A DNA stretch of 64,000 nt from Azolla caroliniana (lineage: Eukaryota; Plantae; Polypodiophyta). How positions within the stretch are numbered: the stretch's first letter is position 1; each line of letters begins with the position of its first letter. The stretch is from positions 6,572,001 through 6,636,000 of the forward strand of contig JBHGNT010000008.1 of NCBI GenBank assembly GCA_043228905.1. The letters are read 5' to 3'. This document shows positions 26,383 to 40,200 of this stretch, in pieces. Below the pieces are notes generated by a model, which ran no database searches, was not told the origin of the DNA, and was given only the letters and a program-made list of their open reading frames with translations. The position numbers were made by a program, and so were the translations under genes.

Positions 26383-28161
26383 ATGGAAACTGTAGAAGGA
26401 GAACAACTTAACCCTAACCCTAACCCTAACCCTAATCCTAACCCTAACCCTAACCCTCACACCTCTCCATGGAGCAGCACTACTTTGTTGCAGGCACCAT
26501 ATAATTGGTCCTCATCATATTACAATCCAAGTACTAACCTTAATACTTGCTCTAATCCTCACGCTAATTACCTTGGTTATTACCCTGATCCTCCTCCTAA
26601 TGATGATTATGGCCTTTTTATATATCCGCCTGATCCTCCTTCATATTGCTCCTCCTCTGAGTATGCTTGTCTGTCTAATGATCAATCCATCCTAATAATG
26701 GGACAATCACATAATGGTTATAACATCAGTAATCTGCATGATCCCTCCGCTGCTACTAATCATACCACGGACACTAATCATAACGCTGGCACTACTAATC
26801 CTGACTCTGACACCACTAATCAGAACTCTAATCATAACACTGGCACTAACCATAGCACTCACACCAGTAATCATCATGGTTCTTATCAGGATAGTAATAC
26901 TAATCTTAATTTGGAGCAATATTCTGGCTTTGAGCATGGATTATCAATCGACACAGATATGGGAGATTTTACTGCTACGGCTGCTGCTGCTGCTGCTCCT
27001 GATGATGATGATGACAAAGATAATGCTAGTACAAGATTGTTTCCCAATAATAATAGTAATGGCTTCTATAAATCTGCAGGAAATTCTGCAGAGAACTCAT
27101 CATCATCATCATCACTAATGCAGCAGGGATTCATCGCAAATGTGAATAATGGCGATGGCGATGACGATGACGATTATTTCCCTCCACATTATTATTCCTC
27201 GCCGTTACTCATCTCAGGTCTTTTATTACCATTACATTTCCTTTTTCTGATCAAACCATTATAATCAATCCTTATTTGCCTCAGAATCAATTTCAAATAC
27301 AGGCAGATCCAAACATTGAGATCTCAGGACCTCCTCATTTTATCTCAGAATTTGATTTCCTTAATTCAATTCTCTTTATCAGATTGTGATCGATTCATAC
27401 ATAATCGTGGAGCTCATGGATCAAGATCTGCGGACAGTTTGGAGGATCAACATGAAAAACAGATCAAGCATTCCATCGATCATAAGGCTCATTATCGTGA
27501 GCCTGAGAATCAGCAAGACTTGGCCATTTCCGAAGAAGCAGGCGATGACACTCAAAAAGGATCAGAGCGATTAGCAGAAGATTATAATCAAGAGAAGCAC
27601 GATCCGGTCTCAGAAAAAACAGGCATTCAAATACAGGCTGCAAATGCATCCAATTCTTTGACAAACAAAAGCCGGTAATGAATCACGAAGATTAACAAAA
27701 TGGATGGTATATATATTAGATCGATAAATAAAGAAATAACAAATTAATGCCAAAAATTGATCAAGAAACGGGTAAATAGGAATGTTGCAGGATCTTCATC
27801 ATCATTAGTGAATGCTTTGTACGTCAGTGATTGCTTTGATTCGATACAATTTTTACTTTATTTTTACTTTCGATTCTGTTGGTGGGGGCGATTTTGATCA
27901 GAAAATATGGGATGCCATTTAATTAAATCAACAACATAGAAAAAAATAAAAACAAATTTTTGTTTTTTTTAGCACAAATCACGTCATTAGCGTTATGCAA
28001 AAGATCGTCATTAAGAGGTTCTCGAAGCATAAAAACGCGAAATTATAGGTTTAATTGCAGCACAATCATCATGTCCCTAAAAGCTGTGCATAAATCACGT
28101 GCATTGATTTTGCACAATCATATCTTTTTTAAGTTTAATAACATAAAGAGAGATGGAAAAA

Positions 28162-28196
<35 letters not shown>

Positions 28197-28303
28197 GATG
28201 ATGATGATATGCAGACATTGGGTAATGATGAGTAATGGGAATTGAATGGATGATGGAAAAATCATGTGTATAAAAAAAGATCATGAATGATCTTATAGCA
28301 TGT

Positions 28304-28346
<43 letters not shown>

Positions 28347-31300
28347 TAGAATTAGTTAAAATTAGTTAACTGAATGATTGAGAGAGAGAAAGAGAAGAAA
28401 GAAAGAAAAACTATCATCTTCTATGACCAAATTTGGCCCCAATGGAAGACCAAGGAGAGGTCATGGGTTCAAAACCCCCCTACATTCCACAAGTGGCATC
28501 TACTAAATTTAAGAAGATATGCATCTACCTTAATAAGATATGCATGTAGTGAATTAAGAAGATATCTATGGAGTAATAGAGAGATGATGAAATTGGGTCT
28601 TGAACCCAAGACCTAGGCTTCATGGGTTCGAAACCCCCCTTACATTCCACAATTGGCTTCCAGTAAATTTAAGAAGACCTAGGCTTACTAGGTTCGAAAC
28701 CCCCTACATTCCACAAGTGGCTTCCAGTAAATTTAAGAAGACCTAGGCTTATAAGGTTCAAAATCCCCGACATTTCTGGAAGTGGCATCTAGTAAATTAA
28801 CCCAAGACCTCGGCTTATGGGTTCAAAATCCCTTACATTCCACAAGTGGCATCTAGTAAATTAAGAAAACCTAGGCTTAATGGCTTCAAAACCCCCTACA
28901 TTCCACAATAGCATCTAGTAAACTAAGAAGATAAATAGCATCTAGTAAACTAAGAAGATACATATCGAGTAATAGAATTGTGTCTCAAACCTAAGACCTA
29001 GGGCTAGTAGTGTAACAACTTACCGCCATTAGAGAGAGAGAGAGAGGGAGAGGGAGGGAGAGGGAGGGAGGGAGCCCCCCTTTCTTCTAATGGTGTTTTT
29101 TTTTGTGGTGACCAACCATATCCGAAAACAAAAGAAAGAAAACAAAAGAAAGTGTCGGGTCCTACATTCATTGTAACCAACAATAATAATAGAACCAAAT
29201 GTGTGTGTGTGTCTTTTTGGGTGAAATTTTGGAGAGTAGGTCCATGACAACGAGAATGAGATCCTCGCCCTTGGCATCGAAGGCGACACCACCGAAGAAA
29301 GCATGGAAGAAGAAGAAGGTGCGCGGACGCGAGCCGAGAGTGGCCCTCGTCACCAAGAGTGACATTGAGCACTTGGAAGACGGTTTTCGGTGGCGTAAAT
29401 ATGGCCAAAAGGCGGTCAAGAATAGCCCCCACCCTAGGTACCCCTTTGGTTTTCAATTTCATTGTCTTCAATTCTCTTTGTTTTTTCAAATGGTGTTGGT
29501 TCCCCTTTCCCTTTCTTAAATGACCTTGGCATCAAACTTTTCACAATGTCCTAGCTTCTCTATCAATCTAGTCTTTTGGGATGTAGTTCCGACTCCCCCC
29601 TCTTTAAGTCACTTAACTTAAGGTTTCCTCCTATAACTTACATACACTTAATTGCCTGCCAGTGCCCAAGGATCCGTCTTGAATTGTCCTTATGTTGCCC
29701 ATCACTTGTCTTGTCGACCACCCCACAGATTTTAAATCATGCATGCATTTTGAAATTCATAAAGGCTCTTCGACAATCAAGTTCTTCTTCGCCTAACAAG
29801 CCTAGTAGTAATGTGGTTTGTTGTTAGCAACTACTGTGACTCATGATATCTCGACTTGTGACTCTTTTGATCCAAGCTTTGATGTGATTAGTGTGTGCAT
29901 GGTAGCTCTTAGCTAGATCTGACATGGAATGGAACAATACAATGCATTACAAGAATCTTGAACTCGAATTTGGGCGTTCCGGGATATTGGTCGCGAAAGG
30001 TTCTGATACATGATATCATGATATCTCATCTTGTGACTATTTTGATCCAAGCTTCGATATGATTAGTGCATGCATGGTAGGTAGCTCTTAGATAGAGACA
30101 TGGAATGGAACAATACAAATGCATTAGGAGAATCTTGGACTCATATTCAGGCATTGGGGGATATTGGCCATGAAAGGTTCTGATACATGATATCATAACC
30201 CTATCATATGACATATCATTGATTGTTCAATGCACAAGCTTCGCATGGGCCCTTTGCATTGAACAAGCTTGTGAGTATAGCGATAGCATCCCATTCAAGG
30301 AGTATGGAGATTTTTAATGTTAGACTTCTCACTACAATTCATCTTTCATGTCCCAATGGCAATGGCACGGATATTTTCAAACTTTGCAAAAAGTTTTCGT
30401 TGGGTCTTAATAGGTATAGGTTTGTCTTTACAAAATTGCCAATATACCACTATAATTGTTGAGATCTACCAAAATGCCATTAAAAATTTGGGAAACACGT
30501 ATTAACTTAACTCTCTTTTTTCTCAAAGTTATTAATCTACAAGTGTATCATCAATTGCTAATTAAATCATATTGCCTTTTGTGAAGATTAAAAAATTTCG
30601 AAACTAGCTTAATTTAACATCATTATTTAGTACATTGTTACTTCATTGAAATAATAACTAAGGATAAACAGACAACCTAACAAGTCTATTCATGAATGGG
30701 CAATCAAATACACTAGTTTTTCTTATTATTTCCTCTGTCCAAGAACATAAGCACCACTTATGTGTGTGAATTTGGTATTAACTAGATCTAGTGTGAAAAC
30801 AATGAATGGGAGTTTGTAATTTTCAGCTTGTGAAGGCTTCTTGGTGAATTCCCATAATTATACCGGTATATTCATGGCATATCGCACCCCTTTCCGAAAC
30901 TACATAACTTATTTTTTGTATCTAATTGTTGATGTCACAATTCTCAAAGGTTGGTCGTAACTAACTTGCAACCGCAAATAGCAAAAATTAAAATGAATGT
31001 ACGCATCTCTTTATTAAGAATGCATCGTTGCAGATCATTGTCATTGTCTTCAACCCTCACATTGTGTATTTTGTAAAGCCATATTTTCAAGAGAATGCAT
31101 TTACTTTGCATGTTGTGGTAGGACATCCGAGGCCACATGAAATATATCACAACAAATAATGGGCCTCTTTGGTTTGACCCATAAACCTTACAACACATGC
31201 ACACACATCACATATGTGCACATGTATACATGCGTCGCTACACATTCATTTATGAATTTGTCTGTCTATATTTAATGCAATCCTCTCACATCATGTGTCA

Positions 31301-32453
31301 AATAAAGGAGATGTCTTGGCCGATTGTTAGACAAGTCTTTGCACCGTTTTATGCAATAGTTTTACCTGTCTTAAAATACTTCTTTCTCCACTCATTTTCT
31401 GGAATATTTTGTCCATTGAACCTTTTAGTCCATTCGCTCTCCCATGGCTTACATGTGGATTAATTTTCCTTTTTTCTTCCTCCCTTATTACCCCCCTAGA
31501 CATAGGTGTTTGATGCTTTGTTGTGCTTTTTAAAGGCCTATTGTCTAGGTACTCAACTCTCTTCAACAAACGTTCAAACATTCTCGCATGTATGTTTTCT
31601 TTTATTACATGTTCTATATTTCACGAGCATTTGATGCTCTTACATTTTGTGACATTGACGATTTCTATTTGTTTATAAAGTTTAATGAGATTAGGGAATA
31701 ATTTTTATCCAAGGAATCACATAAAAATTTCGCATGTTATAAAATGTGCACATGATAATTTTGGTAATGCACATTGTTAAAACAAGCTATCAATAAAACA
31801 AATTCTCTTGCTATATGAATATTGAAAACATCCTTTAAATATATGCAACTTGAATTGATGAATATAGGAGCTATTATCGATGCACAAATAGTAAATGCAC
31901 CGTGAAGAAAAGGGTGGAACGATCATCACAAGATCCAAGCCTCGTGGTAACAACATATGAGGGACATCATAACCACCATAGTCCAGCAGTGCTACGAGGA
32001 ACAACAACAGTAGCTGGATCAAGAGGAGAACAACAATTCCAAATGCAAATGCTTCGTTTTAATAATCCACGACCTTCAATGATTCCGAAGGTACCCGTAA
32101 TGGCCAATGATGGTATAGGTTCCCCACATACATCATATGACCTTGCCATGCCCATCAACACAAGTAGTCTTAACTATTCTCGTGCTCAATCCCCTAACTT
32201 CTCTAGTCAAAACTTTCACTTCTCTAAACCCTCCTTTTCTAACGCCATCACACCTTTTCCAAATGCTTGTGATCCTCCAAATAGTCATCACACTCCTAAT
32301 GCCCTCTCATCACTTACCCCACCTCTCGCCTCTCACTCTTCTAGCTCTTTATCAAGTTTAGTCAGTAATGTAAACCTCGACCATCACACAGATAGCTATC
32401 TTTGTGACATCTTGCTCTCTAGCCTTGGTGAAGAACCCACACATCAACAATAG
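26383..32453 (+). CDS. WRKY: WRKY transcription factor, group IIc-type; exons ~26383-27217, 27383-27674, 29240-29437, 31868-32453
   Basis: [36 protein letters not shown]|[36 protein letters not shown]: single WRKY domain, C-x4-C-x23-H-x-H finger, conserved intron in the Arg codon, GT/AG sites in phase. The link to the first two exons is less certain. Confidence 0.9.
28434..28960 (+). repeat. ~62-66 bp tandem array with tRNA B-box-like cores in WRKY intron 2
   Basis: About 6 copies of cctaggctt..ggttc(g/a)aaacccc.tacattccacaagtggc.tc.agtaaatt.aagaaga. Confidence 0.85.
29842..30197. repeat. Diverged ~175-bp tandem duplication in WRKY intron 3
   Basis: catgatatctc...ttttgatccaagct...gacatggaatggaacaatac...gaaaggttctgatacatgatatcat occurs twice. 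Confidence 0.85.
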
Positions 32454-33204
32454 AGACTTTTAAATCCTCTATTTTCAAACATTTTTATTGGCCCTATTTT
32501 GGCCTAATTTTTATCATAAAACTAACATAACCTAGCTAGCATTATACACAACACCAAGATGATAAAGAAACTTAATACATGAAGTTAAATGTATATGTTG
32601 CTAAATCTTTTTCAAATTTGTGACTCTATACTATTTATGGGATTCACAACTACATGTTAGTGATAACAAATCAATATTTTGCTCATATGTGAGCCAAACT
32701 ATAGGGATGGTTGAGACCCAGTAAACCCACAATTCTTATTTGAATTGGTTAAGACCCATTCATATGTGAATTATTCATCATGTTTTCTTTGGTACCTACA
32801 TTGACATCTATGGTTGTGATGATCCAATATATGTTGCAATGAAACTTTACATTTCAAGAATGCATGAGTATAAACTTCTCTTTAGTATTTTATATTTGTC
32901 TCATGTCATTCAATACAAACTACAATCCAACGCATATAAATTCACACAATATGGAAGCTCCAACAACGAAAGACAAAGTGTCACATACACATTTTATTGT
33001 ACACAAAGAATGACATGCCTAACAACTTCAAATACTATTCTTTTTTGTGCATATATGTACTTTTATATCATTATTTCCAATCAAACTAACGATGAACAAA
33101 AGATGAGATATGAAAAGAATAATGGGTTTAGAGTGCTTAACCACACAAACTACTCTCCATCAAAAGACATGAGACATAAAATATTGTAGATGTTCCATTC
33201 ACTA

Positions 33205-33500
33205 ATAGCAATCAACAACGATTTAGTTTGACAAACCAAACCAAACCACAAAACTATGACTTAATGATTCAATTCAAGTTCAAGTCTTTACAATTTTGAA
33301 AATTTTAAAAATTAAAATTTGAATTTCGACCTAACTTGAAAACCAAAACCGAGCAACAAAACTACAGTTTTAACAATTTAACAATTTGGTTTGAATTGTT
33401 TTGGTTTAAACCATTCCAATTTAAATGGTTCCATGGTTTGATTTGATTCAAATTTTTTAAACAATTCAAATTTGATACTCTCATATCAAACCGAACCAAA
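33205..33500. mobile_element. Decayed copy of the hAT MITE family
   Basis: tagcaatcaacaacg start, gaccta..ttgaaaacc..aaccga core and tcaaaccgaacc end align with the two intact MITEs, with many C>T/G>A changes. Confidence 0.6.
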
Positions 33501-34203
33501 TATTATCTTAGGTTATACCTTGATAATTTAACATGTCCAAAGAAGAGAGCTTAATCTCACCAATAGTCTCAAAAAAGTCTCAAGATGACATAATGAATGC
33601 ATAGCTAGTTCCCTATATTGCGCACAACACATAAGATTTTACATGGCTAATACATACAATGACTTGAAATCATAAGATAAGTGAAAAATGAGCAGCCAAC
33701 CTCATAGAGGGACACAAACATCTCCATTAAAAGATAAACATTGTGGCGAGGCTGCAATAGCATTATTTTGATTGTGTCCATGGTATGGAATGCTAATGGT
33801 GTTTATGAAATGTTTCAATTCCTTTGCTCAAGGTGGTTAGCATAAAAGTATTTACTTAATCATTAGTGGTATCCATAACTATCAAGCATTTTAATGGACC
33901 ATTAGTATGTGCCTAATATCCAAGACCATACATATCAAAACTATGTTGTGACAATCAAATTGGCCTTCATTTTTGTTATCCCATTCAACCATCCCAATGT
34001 TGGTAACTTTTCTTGTTACACCAATATTTACAGACTGTTATAGAAGATTAACACTCCAGGGACAAAAAGAGTGTGCAATAGAAAGAGTGGTTAGAGAAAG
34101 ATATGGTTTTTCTCGAGGTTCTCTACATATATTGAGAATGCCTTTTGGGCAGCTATTAAATTGTATGTGTTTAGAAGTTAATGGCATTAAAAAGGAAGTG
34201 AAG

Positions 34204-37200
34204 TTACTTTTTACTGCCCATTAGCAGATTTGCCAAGGAGTTGACTTTCTTTGGCAACATTGCAGTACATGGCTCATCAACAGTAGCCTGCAAAAATAAA
34301 GTAATAAGTGAATAAAAACATTAAGAAGTACAATCTTTGAGAGCATTTTGTTCCTTAAAATGAAATTTTATAATCTCCTCACACACTGAACTCTTTTACT
34401 CACGTCTTCATTCTCAAAATCTGTGATAATATTGTGATTGCCTGGCTGTAAGCATAGTGATGACATAGGTTGCAGCTTTCTCCTACAAAAAATTAGGCAT
34501 ATTACAAATGCTGTTTCAGTACCAAATGTCCATGGTTATAATTAACCAGAAATTGTGTACATAAAAAGCTCATCTCTATGGATGATTAAGTACATCTTTC
34601 TGCATGAAAATGGCTCACCTTTTAGGGGCAACTGATTTACTGGCAGGCAAAGAAAAGCTATTATTTTCCTTGTTATCTTCGGCTTGAGAGAATATAGTCC
34701 CTGACCTCACAGCTTTCTCATTCACAACAGTTTCCGTCACATCCTGCTTTTCCCTATATTTGGTTGGTGGAATGCTGAATTGTGATTCCTCTTGAAGTCC
34801 ATATCTGGCATGTCCAACAGCTTCAGAAACAGTCTTTGCCTTTATAATTGCACAAAAGTGCTTCTTTCTAGAAGAGAGATTTTCTCTTGGCAATGGAAAC
34901 CATCTGCCATCCACGTTCATTTGTCCACAGATCACTGCTAAGCAATACCTGGAATTGGAATTCAGAAAGATGGATGAATATAAGAACAGCTTGAAGAACC
35001 TTTTTCCTTGGAATAGTATTACATTACCAACTAAAAGCTTGTGGGAGAAAAATATCCTCAAACTAGATGCAGAAAGAAGTTTCACTTCATACAAAAGCAT
35101 AGTACAAGAAACCAATTTGAAATGTCCATAAAAAATCCTCAAACTAAATGCAGAAAGCAATTTTACTTACAAAAGGGTAGTATCTAGAAGTTTCACTTAC
35201 AATAGCACAGTACAAGAAAGCAATTTGAAATGTTCATCACATAGAAATAAAAAGACATCATATCCAAAGGTACATTAGCCACAAATCAGATATTCGATAT
35301 ATAGCTAACCTTAGACAGATTGATCGTTGCTGTGAATATCTTCTTGGGAATTTGCTGATATCAAGAATACCACCATTATTTTCAAGTAGCTTGATAAGCC
35401 TCGAACATTTATACCCCTCAGGTTCCCATAGGTCCTTTTCAATATCTAGTAATGGTATCTCTAGGATCTCCTGAATTGTATAAATTAAAATGTTCAAAGG
35501 AAAATCCATAACAATCCGAAGCCCATGGTGTACCCAAATATGATTACATAGCCCTTTATCAGAATATTCCTGATTTATACTGTTTGAAACAAAAGAATGG
35601 ATCACATGTACCTCTAGGTCAAGCCCGATTGGTCCAACTGTCTCTGTACTCCTACTCGTAACTGAGTAGCAACCCTGCAAAATAGAAATACAATTAAAGT
35701 TTGGGAGGCAATCAAATTCATAAATCTTAAATCTACAGAAAGTATAAATCAAGTCTCACATTAGGGTCACCTCTAATCCCTAATGATATTTGGGGATCTT
35801 TTATTAGAGATAAAACCAGTAATCTTCCTTTGGAAAAGGATGACACTCTGCCCTCTTCCAAACCTGCAATCCATGTATAGTTTGAATTTAGTCTATCTAG
35901 ATCTCTTTTGTTGCAAACAAAGAAAACAGAAATTCTGTTTTGTACAAGTTTACACTTGACAATAACTGTTTTAGACAAAAGAGAAGGTAAATTCAATTAA
36001 TAGATTCATCCAACAAAAGAAGGGAAAAAATATATCTGCATACATGTGTTATGTGCATCAGTTGCTTCAGTTAGCAAGTTGCTAACATTCTTCTCTTCCA
36101 ATGGCATTTTTGACTTGATACAGCCAGTAAACTTCGTGATTTGTTCAGAACTTCCTGCTTTAACCTCATGGAGGTCTGTCATTAGAGGATCTTCTGAATC
36201 AGCAACATTTCTCAAACCAGCAAATTCACTTCCTGTTTGAATGGCCTGATGACCAAACTCCTCCCCTTCTTCAACATGCAACGATAACATTTTTTCTGGT
36301 GGAGTTATCATTTCTTGCACAGGTTTGTCTATTTGGCATTCTTCATTAGAGAGAGAAACCTGGGAAACCAGCTGTCGTCTCAGTGATTTGAACTGGACTT
36401 GCTGCAATATAAGGCTGTCATTTTCAAGCTCATCTTCTGAATCACTGACTTGAAGTGGAAATCCAAGTACCTGTGCTTCATGGGAGGTATTAACACCAGA
36501 ATCTTCAACCTCCTTTGCTACCATCATTGTATCACTTTCACAATGTTTTGGAATGACTTCCCATGATACTTTATCCACATCACCAACCTTGAACATAGAT
36601 CTATCTTCCAAAACTGAAGATAACTCACCGCTTTGCAAATCATTACTAACAAGCATTTCCTTATCAGCATGGCCAATCTCACAATCAACATCTTTGTAAG
36701 AACAAATGTCTGAAGACGTGCTAGTCCCAATAATGTCCCTATCAGATTCTGCTGTCAAACTATCACGGGAACCCAGAGAATTCATTCTGCTGGCAGGAAA
36801 TTCCTTGGCTGAAGGTGTGGATTCTTCGAACACATTAGCATTCCTGACATGTTCACCTTCAATTTGGACACCTGTGATGTTATCCTGCACAAAGTAAAGA
36901 ACTAAATGTGTTTACATATTTGAAAATTCTTGTGTCATCATCCATCTACCCATAAGAAAATATTCAAATGCCTTGCATGTTGTGGTTCAATAGTCTATGC
37001 AAAAAAGAAAGTCACTAGACCTTGCACATAGAAGCGCAGTGCCATCTTCTTGCCTCTATATCTGTCACAGGCACAGAAATGAAGTCATATACGTGACTAT
37101 AAGCTATCGAACATAAAAAAGTACCAAGTTATTTCCTTCATGATATACCTTGGTAAAAATATGAAGCACTAAGTTTCACTTCCAATTTCAAGTTTTTTAT

Positions 37201-40200
37201 TCAAATTCTTCTTCAAAAAATGCACAAGGAGAGAATAAGTACCCTGGCATATATCTGGTATGTCCAAAATGCCATCATTATTCTGGCATGACAGTTCATT
37301 GCAATTAACTATCTTCTCATCTATCTGCAATCCCATGGTAGAAGAATCCTCATGTTTGCCTAAAGATATGGGCATGATTAGCACATCCTCAAAAGATTTT
37401 CCTCCAGTTATACCCTTCTCACTATGGCCACTACCTAATTTCTCTTCCCTCTCTGGTATCATTACATTACAATCTTCATGATCAGCTCGTGATATGCCCA
37501 TAGTTAATGGTCTCTCTACCTCTCTGTAATGTTGTTTTATGTACTCAAATTTCTTGAATAGAGAATAACTCTGATTTTGTTCTGTGCCCAAACTTTCTGT
37601 CACCAAAGGTATATCTTCACGTTGTTTCTCGAACCTGTATTTTAAACCCTGCAGCCATGAATAAAGTTTAAAATTCTATAAAATGACGAATAAGGCTCTC
37701 TAATGTGAAAAACAAGGCTCTAATCTAACTCATGATTTGCACTCTAAGACAACTTTCAGCTTTTGGTGATATTAAAACCAGAATTTGTGGTCATTCTTAT
37801 CATACATCACCATAAATGAAACAGCTTACTAGCCCTTCCATCCCACATTATATTTGTAAACTCAATGTCTCCGGTTGTGAAATACAAAACATTAGTGAAG
37901 CAAAAATAAAATATTTCAAAAATTAAAAAACTGAGCTCCAGCAAGTGAAAGAGCAAGAATAATAATAATAATATTGCTTTAAATGAGAACATGTTTCATG
38001 TTCTGTCATTTATTACCCAGAAATGGTCCTGTCATGCATCTATAATAGTAGCAGAAACTTCTCACTCAATCATGCTTTTTTTTCCAAAGAGAACAACATA
38101 CATAATTAGTTTTTTGTTTGGAGCCCTTTTTCATTTCCAAATTTTGAAACCCCTTTTTCTCACCATGAATTACACATGTAGTTGATTTATGAGGTACCTG
38201 AAGGTAATGATGACAAATATCATAAAAACCTGACCCTAATATGCCATGCACAGTCAGAATAATTGCTTATGCATATTGTCCAATAGCACTCAATTGTTAC
38301 GATGGCACCACATGATTCTGTGTTTCCACCACTGGAGTCAAGGTTGTTTCTTATATCAATCTTCTCCCAACTACCTAGCTCAGATTAACACATTCAAAAC
38401 ATCATATGCCATTTGATGATGAGCAGAAGATGCATACTAATGAACCATTATTTCAAAAATGATGAGATAAATACAACAAGAATCTCCCCAAAGTGACACT
38501 GCGAACCCAAATTTGTGAACTTTAATCGTCTAACATAATGTTTGGAGATAAATAAAAATAACAAATAGAAAAAAACAAATGTGATCAATAAGGTAACAAA
38601 GGTTCTCTAGGGAGTAGTTGTGCATACCAAAACTTCATCGTGATGTTGTTCAAGGGCCTTCTCAAAAATTTCATAAACTGCTTGAGATATTTCCATGGAG
38701 TTATTCACCTGATTCTGAATAAGAATTTTATTTACTTCTTCAACAACCGTTAGCTTAAATGTTTTGGATATCTGCTCATGTAAAATGGGTATATTCTCCA
38801 TTCTTGAATATGTAATAAGATCTGAATCAGGATTCTTTGCAAGCTCAACTTCAAAATTTTCTACTCCCAAAACATTTTGGATGTCTGCATTCAGGACTGC
38901 ACATGAAAAATGATGCTATATATCAAAACTGCATAGCAATTTCACTAATATCAGCATGTGTTGTCAAGGGAAATAAGAACCTGCAGAATTCTCTTCCACT
39001 TCTTTATTTGTTTGTGTGACATGGATACCGTCGGACTTATAATCCATTATACCGATGCCATCAACCTGAAGCCAAAGTTCACAGAACTTCAATGAACTTT
39101 GTTCAGAAAAATAGGACAAGAATGATGACGAAGTTACGTTACCTTTCTCCGTTTCTTAACATAATGTCCATGTTGATGCATGAATGCTCTTTTCCCAGAA
39201 TCTGGTTTATCAATTGTCTCCTTCGGTGGCAATAAATTTAACCTGGATAACAAGAATCAACAAACAGTCCAGAAAAGGTTACCTATGACAACTAAAAAAG
39301 ATGCTTCCAAATCAATTGAGTTATATCTCTTATTGATAATACTTTAAAGCAGCTGTAGTAGCAAAAACGAGGTCAGTTCAGTCTTTTACTTTATAGCTGA
39401 ATATGGCGCAGCCTGCCTCAGCACAAATGCTGTATCAAGATAATCTTCTTCACAGGGACTTACATTAATTATCTGCATGTACAATCATCATTATCTTTCC
39501 CTTTTTCTAGCAGAAGTTTACTGATTAGCAAACTATTAATTGGCTCACCAATGTCATGTTCCCCTTGGCCTCCATGTACGGTTTAAGATACCTTGTAAGC
39601 TGACAATATACACCAGAAAAACCATTCAATAGGTACCTAAAATCCCATGTGCAGTATACTGGTATGCAATCTGATGTATACCATAGAGTACTGAAAGTGT
39701 TTTTGAAGTGCCTTCTTTGGATTCTTCTGATGTTCAAGCAAAGCCTGTAAGAAAATAGATAGGATGGTTACAGTTCACAAAGTCAACAAGCCCAATTAGT
39801 TACTATACATTTTATATGTAGAAAGAATAACATACTCGGAGGCACTGCCCAAAAACCATTGAGGTGTTGTTGATAAAGTTGCTTTCATTCAAACGAACCC
39901 CCTACAAGAATAAGCATGTTTCTATTGTCATGTTTGAAAGATGTTGCATACAGATATTGAGAGGTAAAATTGAAATCTCATTTTTGCAATCGCCCTCATC
40001 AAATTTGAAAATAACATAGAATATAGTACCACAATATAAATTCCTATTCAAATTTTGTTAGTGGTTCTAAAAAAAGTTCATATGGAATAACCACACCACT
40101 AGTTGTACAACAAAACCATGGCGCTAAAAAGTCATAACTTTGTGCCCTGTAGATTATCTGCTTGAACATTGAACTGCAACACATATCATGCTTTTTCAAG

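Noticed and set aside
26410-26457. True telomere or chromosome fusion site
   Set aside because: Only 48 bp, in frame within an exon, with no subtelomeric context.
28434-28960. CRISPR-like array
   Set aside because: The units are similar over their whole length with no unique spacers, the context is a eukaryotic intron, and there are no cas genes.
34615-37606. Separate genes for ORFs 34615-35160, 36006-36890 and 37169-37606
   Set aside because: They are bounded by splice sites on the minus strand and best explained as tail exons of the kinesin-6 gene.
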